A DNA stretch of 64,000 nucleotides from the IMG/VR virus record IMGVR_UViG_3300025030_000005, positions 1 to 64,000 of that record; one strand, 5' to 3'. Shown here piece after piece: positions 52,631-60,595 of this stretch (the stretch's first letter is position 1; every line of letters begins with the position of its first letter). This DNA comes from a virus. A program made the position numbers and the translations under genes. The notes under the pieces were generated by a model. That model ran no database searches. It saw only the letters and a program-made list of their open reading frames with translations, and was not told where the DNA came from.

Positions 52631-53505
52631 TGCCTAGCGGCGCAGTAGCAAAGGATCTAGCTGGTAAAGTTTTTGGGTCTTTGACAGTACTGCATAAGGT
52701 GGAAGATTCTAGAAAGAATGCAAGGTGGCTGGTTAGGTGTGCCTGTGGTAAAGAGTTGGTGATAGCAGGATATACCCTTAAGAGTAGAAAGAATTTAAGT
52801 TGTGGGTGTGTAAAATCAACAGACCTTACCGGAAAGGTGTTTGGAGATCTGACCGTGGCTATAAAGTTAGCTCCGGATAAGTTCGGAAGAACTACCTACC
52901 AAGTCAGATGTGCTTGTGGCAGAGAGCAAATAATGGCGTCTTCCCACTTAAAGAGCAGAAAAAATAATCATTGTGGGTGCAAGTTAGATATAGACTTGAC
53001 TGACAAAACGTTTGGCAAACTTAAGGTATTAAGCCTACACGTAGAGCGCACATTGTCAGGTTTACCTAAAAATAGAAAATGGAAATGTATTTGCGAATGT
53101 GGCACCGAAAAACTTATAGCTACTAATAGGCTTACTAGCGGAGACGTTACCTCATGCGGCTGCTCTATGTACAAAAAGGGGCCGGATAATGGAAGGTATA
53201 ATCCTAATAAAACAGACGAAGAAAGGTCTGCTGATAGAACTTATGAGGAATATATAGAGTGGCGTAAGCTAATATTTGAAAGAGATGCATACACCTGCGT
53301 TTGCTGTGGCTATGATAAAGGTGGCACATTAAATGCCCACCATATTATGTCATACACTGCGTTTGAGGACTATAGAACTATAGATATTAATGGAATAACT
53401 TTGTGCAAACCGTGCCACATAGAGTTTCACGGCTTGTACGGCTACGGAGGTAATACACTATCTCAACTACTAGAATGGCAACAAATAAAAGGATTTAAAC
53501 TATGA
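52630..53505 (+). CDS. HNH homing endonuclease with four Cys-repeat modules
   Basis: Four repeats of the pattern L.GK.FG.L.V......W.V.C.CG.E......L.S....SCGC, then NAHHIMS...CKPCHIEFH. Confidence 0.7.
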   Translation: MPSGAVAKDLAGKVFGSLTVLHKVEDSRKNARWLVRCACGKELVIAGYTLKSRKNLSCGCVKSTDLTGKVFGDLTVAIKLAPDKFGRTTYQVRCACGREQIMASSHLKSRKNNHCGCKLDIDLTDKTFGKLKVLSLHVERTLSGLPKNRKWKCICECGTEKLIATNRLTSGDVTSCGCSMYKKGPDNGRYNPNKTDEERSADRTYEEYIEWRKLIFERDAYTCVCCGYDKGGTLNAHHIMSYTAFEDYRTIDINGITLCKPCHIEFHGLYGYGGNTLSQLLEWQQIKGFKL

Positions 53506-54077
53506 GTGTAGCAAAAGAGTTCTTTGAAACAGAACTTGAACTGATCGAGCACGGGGACATTAGGCATTTTACTGAGTATCTTCTTAACAAAGCTCCAGCG
53601 TACTTTTGGCTGGTCCCTTCTTCAAGCACAGGCAAATGGCACCCGCCCCAGGAAAATGGTACAGGAGGCCTAGTAAGGCACTCAAAGGCAGTGGCATACT
53701 TTGCTGAGAGGCTATGCAGAGCTTACGCTGTAGAAGGTAGAGATAAAGATCTTATACTGTCCGCGTGCGTAAGTCACGATATTTGCAAATATGGACTGGT
53801 CATGCAAAAGCACACTACTAAGACCCACGGTACTGATGGGGCTAATTACATCCTGAATATGTGGAAACAGTTTGTAAATGACAAAGGAGAGTTACCCGAA
53901 CAGGATGTTCTTGTTATTTGTAGAGGAGTTGCTCACCACATGGGTCGTTGGACCATTAATGGTAAAAAGTTTCCCGAGGAATATACAACGTCTGAACTTA
54001 TTGTACACTTAGCAGATATGATGGCTGCCAGTTCCGAGGTATCGTTAGGATTTCTGCAAGAAAGTCTTATAGGTTAA
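53502..54077 (+). CDS. HD-domain phosphohydrolase
   Basis: LVRHSKAV...CVSHDICKYG...AHHMG. ATGA overlap. Confidence 0.65.
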   Translation: MSVAKEFFETELELIEHGDIRHFTEYLLNKAPAYFWLVPSSSTGKWHPPQENGTGGLVRHSKAVAYFAERLCRAYAVEGRDKDLILSACVSHDICKYGLVMQKHTTKTHGTDGANYILNMWKQFVNDKGELPEQDVLVICRGVAHHMGRWTINGKKFPEEYTTSELIVHLADMMAASSEVSLGFLQESLIG

Positions 54078-54088
54078 TAGGAGAATTA

Positions 54089-54529
54089 ATGCTTAATGTA
54101 AAAGTAAAACAAATGAGGGATGGCAGGCATCCCTTGCCTGCATACGCTACAAAAGGAGATGCAGGAGTAGATCTACACGCTTATTTGGAAGGATCTATTA
54201 CACTAGATCCGGGCGAACGTGCGCTAATCCCTCTAGGAGTTGCCATGAGCATACCCCACGGGTATGAGCTGCAGTTGCGCCCTAGGTCTGGAAATGCTCT
54301 TAAGAGGGGGATCACTCTTCTTAATGCTCCGGGTACTATCGACGAAACTTACCGCGGAGAGATCGGAGCAATAGTAATCAACCACAGCCCTGAGATGATT
54401 TGCATCAAAGATGGAGAAAAAATCGCACAGGGGGTGTTTAATGAGTACAAAACAGCAGAGTTTGAAGAAGTCAACGAGCTGGATGAAACTGAAAGGGGCA
54501 CAGGCGGGTTCGGGCATTCAGGACTCTAA
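54089..54529 (+). CDS. dut: dUTP diphosphatase
   Basis: All five dUTPase motifs: GDAGVDL, RPRSG, GTIDETYRGEI, RIAQ-like KIAQG, ERGTGGFGHSG. Confidence 0.95.
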   Translation: MLNVKVKQMRDGRHPLPAYATKGDAGVDLHAYLEGSITLDPGERALIPLGVAMSIPHGYELQLRPRSGNALKRGITLLNAPGTIDETYRGEIGAIVINHSPEMICIKDGEKIAQGVFNEYKTAEFEEVNELDETERGTGGFGHSGL

Positions 54530-54575
54530 GTCCTGCGAGGAATGTGAAGATCAGGCTCAAACTGGAAACTTCCCT

Positions 54576-55202
54576 ATGGATGTTTATAAAGAGCATCTTA
54601 GGGTTCGCCAGATAATCATAAATGGAGTTATTGACGACTCTATGGTTGAGAAGGTTACTCTGCAAATCTCTAAGTTCAATGAAATGGATGATGAAAGGGA
54701 AGCGGTGGATAGGACATATGATCGGATGAATAATCCTATAACCATAAAGTTGTCCAGCCCCGGAGGCTTCGTAGATCAAGGGCTGGGAATTATTTCCCAG
54801 ATTGTTCAGAGTGATACACCTGTGATCTCTTATGCCGTCGGAGATTGTTCTAGTATGGCTGCCCTTATCTTTGCAGTCTCTCACGTCAGAATTTGCGCTA
54901 TCTATAGCAGAATCATGTTCCACAGCCTTAGCTCTGGATATATTGGAACTCTCATGGGTATAGTAGAGAAAGCAGAAGAACTCAAAAAGGTTCAGAAAGT
55001 GCTGGATAGTATTGTGACTAGTCGTACTCTCATCACACAAAAGCAGCTAGATGCTATGCATAGTAAGAAAGAGGATTGGTATTTAAATTCGGCTGAAGCT
55101 CTGGCCTTAGGCGTGGCGGATGAAGTTATGCAACCCGGACTCAAGATGGTCCCCGTTAAAAAGCGTAAGACTCCTACTGCAAATAAAGATAAAAAGAAGT
55201 AA
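54576..55202 (+). CDS. ClpP-family serine peptidase
   Basis: DVYKEHLRVRQIIINGVIDD, LSSPGG, GDCSSMAA (Ser), MFHSL (His), AEALALGVADEV. The start is uncertain: no SD at 54576 and the frame is open back to 54411. Confidence 0.65.
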   Translation: MDVYKEHLRVRQIIINGVIDDSMVEKVTLQISKFNEMDDEREAVDRTYDRMNNPITIKLSSPGGFVDQGLGIISQIVQSDTPVISYAVGDCSSMAALIFAVSHVRICAIYSRIMFHSLSSGYIGTLMGIVEKAEELKKVQKVLDSIVTSRTLITQKQLDAMHSKKEDWYLNSAEALALGVADEVMQPGLKMVPVKKRKTPTANKDKKK

Positions 55203-55285
55203 TAAGATTTCATGTTTTTATGTATATAATATATCGCCCCCCATTAGTTTTGGGGGCACTATATTAAATTTTCAAGGAGTAACTT

Positions 55286-57184
55286 ATGTACCTTCACACT
55301 AGCTATGACAGAGAATTTGTTGATTTTATGATGCACCTTAGGGGCAAGTACGGCCAAAAGCTGTTCGATCTTGAAGGCATTGGCAAACAACTCGACATGT
55401 GCAAATTCTCTAAAGAATTCTTTTCAGCAACCACTACCGCAGACGCTAGCGTTGACGCCAATGCTAACGTAACTGATACTTCTAATATTGCTTACGGAAT
55501 TGAATTGCCTAAGCCGTTCTTTAAACTTAATAGTTACTTCATGCTGTGGAAACACATGCGAAGGCTGTACGGCCTTGAAGTGGCAAACACCACCGTAGAA
55601 AAGCAGCTTACCGGAGACATTTATATTAATGATTTCCATGGCATAGCAGCAGGTAGCCCTTACTGCTTCAACTATAGTACATATGATATCATGCTGTTGG
55701 GTCTTCCAATGGTTGACAAGATTAAGTCAATCGCTCCGAAGTACCTTTACAGCTTCAAAAGCCAGCTTGAGCAGTTCGTAGTTATAGCCTCCAACTCTAC
55801 CCTCGGCGCAGCCGGTCTTGCGGATCTTCTGATCGTAATGAGCTACTATGTTAAAAATATTTTAAATAATGGAACGGATGCTGGGTTTAAATTTAGTGGC
55901 ATAGAGGACTGTTGGAAATATGTTAGAGAAACTCTTGTTAGTTTTGTGTATACTATCAACCAGCCCATGCGCGGAAATCAGTCTCCTTTTACTAACGTAT
56001 CTATTTATGATGATGCGTTCTTGGAAAGTCTTTGCCCTCAGTATATATTTCCTGACGGTAGCACTCCTGACCTTAATTTGGTAAAAGAACTTCAAGAACT
56101 TTTCCTTGACGTAATGAATGAAGAGATGAGGCGCACTCCCGTAACCTTCCCAGTTACTACTGCATGCTTCTCGGTAGATGACGGAAGGAACATTAATGAT
56201 GAAGAATTCGTAAAGTTCATCGCAGAAAAGAATTCTGAGTTTGGTTTCATTAACTTCTATATGGGTAAAAGTAGCACGTTGTCCTCTTGCTGCAGGCTGC
56301 GCAGTGAAACTGATAATGAGTACTTTAACAGTTTCGGGTCTGGTAGCTCTAAGATTGGTAGCCTCGGGGTTACTACAGTTAACCTCCCTAGGCTAGCATT
56401 TAGGAGTGGGGGTAGTGAAGCTAAGTTCTTCGAAGATCTCAAAGATTTGGTGGGTACTGCTGCCAGAGTAAACCATACTAAACGAAGCATCATCAAGAGC
56501 CGTATTGAAAGCGGTAACCTTCCGCTGTACTCGCTTGGGTTTATGGAACTTTCCAAACAGTACTCTACCCTTGGGGTTAACGGGCTTAATGAGTGCGTAG
56601 AGATTATGGGCTACGACATTCTTAATGAGTACGGGCAGGACTTTGTTATTAGGATGCTTAATTTCATCAATGAGGAGAACGACAAATATCAAAAAACTTA
56701 TAAAACTCCACACAACTGTGAACAGATTCCTGGAGAAAATGTATCTATCAAGCTGGCGGATAAAGATAGGTTCCTTGGATATAATGATAAATACGATATT
56801 TACAGCAACCAGTTTATTCCTCTAGTAACTAAAGCTGATCTGCTAGACCGTATCCGTCTGCAGGGGTTGTTCGATGGCCACTTCTCTGGCGGGGCAATCT
56901 GTCACCTTAATCTTGAAGAGAAGGTTGAAGATACTTCTAAGGTCGTTGACCTTATCAAGCACTGTGCTAAAAGCGGAGTAATCTATTTTGCCTTGAATAT
57001 GAATCTGCAGCGTTGTGTTGAAGGTCATATGTCGGTAGGTAAGAAAGAATACTGTGCTGTATGTGGTAAAGAAGTGATAGATAACTACACGCGCGTGGTT
57101 GGCTTTTTGACAAATGTTAAAAATTGGCACAAAGTTCGTAGAGAGCAGGATTACCCTGAAAGACAATTTTATAAGGAGATTTAA
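55286..57184 (+). CDS. nrdD: anaerobic ribonucleoside-triphosphate reductase
   Basis: 632 aa. C-terminal Cys cluster CVEGH..CAVCG followed by a glycyl-radical-type motif, TRVVGFLT. Confidence 0.85.
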   Translation: MYLHTSYDREFVDFMMHLRGKYGQKLFDLEGIGKQLDMCKFSKEFFSATTTADASVDANANVTDTSNIAYGIELPKPFFKLNSYFMLWKHMRRLYGLEVANTTVEKQLTGDIYINDFHGIAAGSPYCFNYSTYDIMLLGLPMVDKIKSIAPKYLYSFKSQLEQFVVIASNSTLGAAGLADLLIVMSYYVKNILNNGTDAGFKFSGIEDCWKYVRETLVSFVYTINQPMRGNQSPFTNVSIYDDAFLESLCPQYIFPDGSTPDLNLVKELQELFLDVMNEEMRRTPVTFPVTTACFSVDDGRNINDEEFVKFIAEKNSEFGFINFYMGKSSTLSSCCRLRSETDNEYFNSFGSGSSKIGSLGVTTVNLPRLAFRSGGSEAKFFEDLKDLVGTAARVNHTKRSIIKSRIESGNLPLYSLGFMELSKQYSTLGVNGLNECVEIMGYDILNEYGQDFVIRMLNFINEENDKYQKTYKTPHNCEQIPGENVSIKLADKDRFLGYNDKYDIYSNQFIPLVTKADLLDRIRLQGLFDGHFSGGAICHLNLEEKVEDTSKVVDLIKHCAKSGVIYFALNMNLQRCVEGHMSVGKKEYCAVCGKEVIDNYTRVVGFLTNVKNWHKVRREQDYPERQFYKEI

Positions 57185-57187
57185 GAG

Positions 57188-57559
57188 TTGGTGACTTCGT
57201 TTTGTATATTTTGTGGAGCCGCTGAAGGCTTAGAAATACACCACGTGGTTCCTAGAGTTATGGGAGGGGATAACTCTCCCGCTAATCTGATAGCGGCATG
57301 TAGTTTGTGCCATGACAAGTTACATGCTATTGGAAAATGCAGCAACCATAAAGAACTCCAACGTATAGGCATAGAAAAAGCTAAACTAGCCGGGAAATAT
57401 AAGGGGAAGCATATTTCTAAATTAACAGACGTACAAAGGATAGAACTTATTATGAGGGTAAATTCTGGGGAGGTTAAGGCTGAAGTGGCAAGATCTTTTA
57501 ATATAAGTAGGGAGACATTATACCAATACTTAAAGGAGGCCAAAGATTGCGCTTCCTAA
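57188..57559 (+). CDS. HNH homing endonuclease with C-terminal HTH, inserted between nrdD and nrdG
   Basis: CIFCG..LEIHHVVPRVMGGDNSPANLIAACSLCHDKLH. HTH EVARSFNISRETLYQYL. Confidence 0.8.
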   Translation: MVTSFCIFCGAAEGLEIHHVVPRVMGGDNSPANLIAACSLCHDKLHAIGKCSNHKELQRIGIEKAKLAGKYKGKHISKLTDVQRIELIMRVNSGEVKAEVARSFNISRETLYQYLKEAKDCAS

Positions 57560-58008
57560 CCACTCAATACTCCCTCTCAACTCAATCTTTAGACCTATAC
57601 TTTGCGGGCTGTAACGGCCCGCACTGTAGCGGGTGTCACAACTCTGAAACATGGGACTTTGAAATAGGAAAAGAGGTATCGGCTAAAGATTTATTCAATG
57701 ATCTTTACCCTAAGTTTGTGCTATCGTCTGCTGTAATAAAACAGATAATGCTATTCGGGGGCGAACCTCTAGACCAACCTCTAGATGAGCTTACTGTTTT
57801 TATTTCAAAGGTAACTTCGTTAAACATTCCTATATGGTTATTTACTAGATATGAACTTGAAGATATACCTTTCAGCTTACGTATAAAGTTTAACTATATA
57901 AAGACTGGTAGGTACCTTGAAGAGCATAAAGTGAATAACTATAAAATGTATGGGATTAACCTTGCTACAAGTAACCAAAAAATAAGCAAGAGAGGGGTGG
58001 ATTATTAA
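57547..58008 (+). CDS. nrdG: anaerobic RNR activating protein (radical SAM)
   Basis: FAGCNGPHCSGCHNSETW cluster (Cx4Cx2C rather than the usual Cx3Cx2C). TTG start 7 nt after SD aaggagg. Adjacent to nrdD. Confidence 0.75.
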   Translation: MRFLTTQYSLSTQSLDLYFAGCNGPHCSGCHNSETWDFEIGKEVSAKDLFNDLYPKFVLSSAVIKQIMLFGGEPLDQPLDELTVFISKVTSLNIPIWLFTRYELEDIPFSLRIKFNYIKTGRYLEEHKVNNYKMYGINLATSNQKISKRGVDY

Positions 58009-58862
58009 TGTGGGAGTTAATAAAAAAATTAAAATCCACGGACGGTACTATCAAGTACGTCGTTAGATCTAATAAGAGAATAATGGAACTGTCCTATATT
58101 AATAAAGACGACGGTAAAGATATTATATGTGTACCGTCACAGACCATGTGCAATGTAGGATGCAAATTCTGTCATACTACTGACTACATAGGAAAAATAG
58201 ATTGCTATAACTTGACAGACTCAGATATATATGAGGGGGTAAGATATGTATACGAACAAGAAACGCTTGGTAATAAAGTTTTGCTTATTTCGTATATGGG
58301 GTGCGGAGAGCCTACTTACAATACTAAAAATGTTATCTCTAGTATGCAAATGATTAAAGAACGATTGTCCTCCCCATATACAAGATTTGCGGTAGCCACT
58401 TGTTTACCTAATAGCGGTGGGTTCTTTACTTTAGTAGATCTTATTAAACATTATAATTTACCAGTAAAACTGCATTTATCTCTTCACTACACTATAGACT
58501 CCATCAGAAAAGAATGGATGCCTGCTAGTATTGATATAATGCCGGCATTGGCGGCGGTGGACTTTTATAAAAAATACACCAGTAATTCAGTTGAAATTCA
58601 TTATGCCCTATTAGACGGAGTAAATGACACAGAACAAGACGCAATACTTTTGAGTACTTTCCTAAAAGATAAAGACATAAATGTTAAATTCTTATTCTAT
58701 AATGAGAAACCTACTTTAAAAGCTATAGCAAGTAATAAGTCTAAGTTAAATATATTTAGGAGATATCTTGACAAGTATAATATTCAACATGAGTACTATA
58801 TCCCTCCTGGGTTAGACATTGGAGCATCCTGCGGTCAATTTCTAATGGATTATTATGAATAA
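58008..58862 (+). CDS. RlmN/Cfr-like radical SAM methyltransferase (N-terminally short)
   Basis: SQTMCNVGCKFCHT (Cx3Cx2C), ISYMGCGEP, KLHLSLH, EIHYALLDGVNDTEQDA, INVKFLFYNE. These follow the RlmN/Cfr motif order. Confidence 0.55.
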   Translation: MWELIKKLKSTDGTIKYVVRSNKRIMELSYINKDDGKDIICVPSQTMCNVGCKFCHTTDYIGKIDCYNLTDSDIYEGVRYVYEQETLGNKVLLISYMGCGEPTYNTKNVISSMQMIKERLSSPYTRFAVATCLPNSGGFFTLVDLIKHYNLPVKLHLSLHYTIDSIRKEWMPASIDIMPALAAVDFYKKYTSNSVEIHYALLDGVNDTEQDAILLSTFLKDKDINVKFLFYNEKPTLKAIASNKSKLNIFRRYLDKYNIQHEYYIPPGLDIGASCGQFLMDYYE

Positions 58863-58868
58863 TAACAA

Positions 58869-58905
58869 GACCACTTCCAACATATCGGAAGTGGTCTTTA
58901 GTTTT
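58869..58905. terminator. bidirectional rho-independent terminator at the strand switch (extended member of the stem-loop family)
   Basis: GACCACTTCC-AACATATC-GGAAGTGGTC followed by TTTAGTTTT and preceded by an A-rich run. Lies between convergent genes. Confidence 0.75.
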
Positions 58906-59473
58906 ACTGCCAAAGCTTATAAAGATTTTTTAGGTAGTAATCCATAAAATGGTCTGACACCTCTATCAATTCTTTATCCGCGTCTTTAATCTTATTTCCC
59001 TCCGTCTTATGACAATAAAGCACAGCCGGAATTTTAGGAATAGGATCATCGTCCATATAAACCCTAAAATGATTTACAGTAGACTTATACCATCCTCTCA
59101 AATAAACCCTAGGAGATCCAAAAGTAATTGCGCCCACTCCTATTCGCTCAGCAAACAAAGTAGCCACAGCTCCGCCTAAAGAATGACCTGTGAATATTAC
59201 AGGTTTGTTCTTTGGTAACCTCTGCAACACTGGTCCCTCAAGCTTCTTGTAAGCCCTCACAAATCCCCAAGTAGAAAACATACCTCCCTTAAAGTGGTAT
59301 GGGATAACATTAATATCCCTCTCCACGTTCCTACGATTAGCAGTTCCTCTAATAGCTATGATAACTACGCTAGAAGTTTCAGACACAGTGAACCCTAAAT
59401 CACCAACTTCAATACATTTATCATATACCTCATCAGATAATCTGGCGCATTCCTCTATAAGCAGTCTTTCCAT
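58904..59473 (-). CDS. class-3 lipase / alpha-beta hydrolase
   Basis: Nucleophile elbow FTGHSLGGAVA (GxSxG). Confidence 0.7.
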   Translation of the reverse strand: MERLLIEECARLSDEVYDKCIEVGDLGFTVSETSSVVIIAIRGTANRRNVERDINVIPYHFKGGMFSTWGFVRAYKKLEGPVLQRLPKNKPVIFTGHSLGGAVATLFAERIGVGAITFGSPRVYLRGWYKSTVNHFRVYMDDDPIPKIPAVLYCHKTEGNKIKDADKELIEVSDHFMDYYLKNLYKLWQ

Positions 59474-59482
59474 ACTAACCCC

Positions 59483-59836
59483 TTATTGCAGCTGTAGCTC
59501 CGCAGAAGTACACCCAGAAAGGTTTACAAATGGCGTAGCATTATTCACTACCCTAAAGTACTCATTATTAGCAGGTACGGTAGTCTGCTTATTGGAACCT
59601 TTGTCTGAGGTAGGCATACTTCTAACCTTGCAACCTGCACTTTCAGTGTAAACACTGTAGGATAGCTTATTACTAAGGTCAAAGGTGGTAGAATTAATAG
59701 TAAGTATTTGACTAAATCTGCCATCAGGTGAAAATCCTTGAACGGCCCTACCTTTCGAGTCAGAGGTCAAGTCTCCACCAGCAAATGACACAGAACTAAA
59801 ACAAAACATAGATACTGCAAAAATAAATCGCTTCAT
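59483..59836 (-). CDS. secreted hypothetical protein
   Basis: Signal peptide MKRFIFAVSMFCFSSVSFAGG. SD gagga. Confidence 0.6.
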   Translation of the reverse strand: MKRFIFAVSMFCFSSVSFAGGDLTSDSKGRAVQGFSPDGRFSQILTINSTTFDLSNKLSYSVYTESAGCKVRSMPTSDKGSNKQTTVPANNEYFRVVNNATPFVNLSGCTSAELQLQ

Positions 59837-59884
59837 GGTTATCCTCGCTTGGTAAAATTATTTTTAATGTGATGCATTTTTTAC

Positions 59885-59913
59885 TTGACAAAATGCAAAA
59901 AATGTGGTATAAT
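59885..59913 (+). promoter_or_regulatory. orphan consensus sigma70-type promoter facing the late operon
   Basis: TTGACA-17 nt-TATAAT with TGg extended -10. The spacer differs by 1 nt from the 9.4-kb promoter. No + strand ORF lies downstream. Confidence 0.7.
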
Positions 59914-59919
59914 AGAACC

Positions 59920-60056
59920 ATTCATAACTTGGAGGTTATGAAGAAAGTTACTATCAAGTAACTTGAAAGTTAATAATTTATAAGTTTGATTAAACAAAGA
60001 AACAACAAAAAACATTAATCAAATTATGATGACAGGGAACGAAGTTACCTGTCATC
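59920..60056 (+). ncRNA. candidate small structured RNA (about 135 nt)
   Basis: Lies downstream of the orphan promoter. Three hairpins: CATAAC-TTGGAG-GTTATG, AGTTACT-ATCA-AGTAACT and GATGACAGG...CCTGTCATC (60028-60056). No ORF. Confidence 0.3.
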
Positions 60057-60157
60057 CATTATAAATAAGATTACTTAACAAGTTAATCAAAAGTTCTATT
60101 TGTGGCCGTTTTTAACACTATAGTTGCCCCGCTACTTTATAGGCTAACTAGTTGATA

Positions 60158-60595
60158 TTACTCCACCTTCAGTTTTCCTGCTTTCCAAAGCTCCCTCTGC
60201 TTTCTCCAGTCCGGAGACTCAACATGCGGCATGTCTAGAAAGGACTTAAAGTAAAACCCAGCAATCAACCCTAGTTTCACTGCAATGTCTGCCATGATCT
60301 TAAATACACTCTTAGAAGCACCCCAATCAAAGTCTTTTCCATCTTTAGTCAAGGGCCATAGGTCGGCCGCCAAGCTAAAATTGTGGGCTGAGCTACCCGG
60401 AGGCGCATTACTAACAACCTTCCCAGGCGTAGTTCTGCCTTGTGCGTAAATCTCTGCCTGCCTCCTCATGGTCCTGCGTCCGTCGCTGATCCCCCACTTC
60501 CTTCCAGTAGCAGCCTCAGTTTGTTTTAAAAGCTCCACTATCTTGGCTCTAAAGTCTGGTTCTAACGTATCTAGTTTATTCATTCGCAGCCTCAT
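60158..60595 (-). CDS. M15-family peptidoglycan peptidase (endolysin)
   Basis: GRRTMRRQ, SAHNFSLAADL (SxHxxGxAxD-type) and a C-terminal PHVE His. Confidence 0.8.
   Translation of the reverse strand: MRLRMNKLDTLEPDFRAKIVELLKQTEAATGRKWGISDGRRTMRRQAEIYAQGRTTPGKVVSNAPPGSSAHNFSLAADLWPLTKDGKDFDWGASKSVFKIMADIAVKLGLIAGFYFKSFLDMPHVESPDWRKQRELWKAGKLKVE

Noticed and set aside
54411-54575. ORF-track start 54411 (or ATG 54483) for the ClpP-like gene, overlapping the dUTPase 3' end by up to 119 nt.
   Set aside because: ClpP similarity begins at DVYKEHL (54579), and the upstream part is the alternate frame of the conserved dUTPase motif V. The true start remains uncertain because 54576 lacks an SD.
1461-58896. 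Whether the repeated ACTTCCGA...TCGGAAGT palindromes form a CRISPR array.
   Set aside because: Copies are separated by irregular kb-scale distances containing genes, not by 25-40 nt spacers. No cas genes are present.
59938-59961. Mini-ORF MKKVTIK after GGAGG in the orphan-promoter transcript.
   Set aside because: The SD-to-ATG spacing is only 2 nt and the ORF has 7 codons. The sequence more likely forms part of a hairpin (CATAAC..GTTATG).
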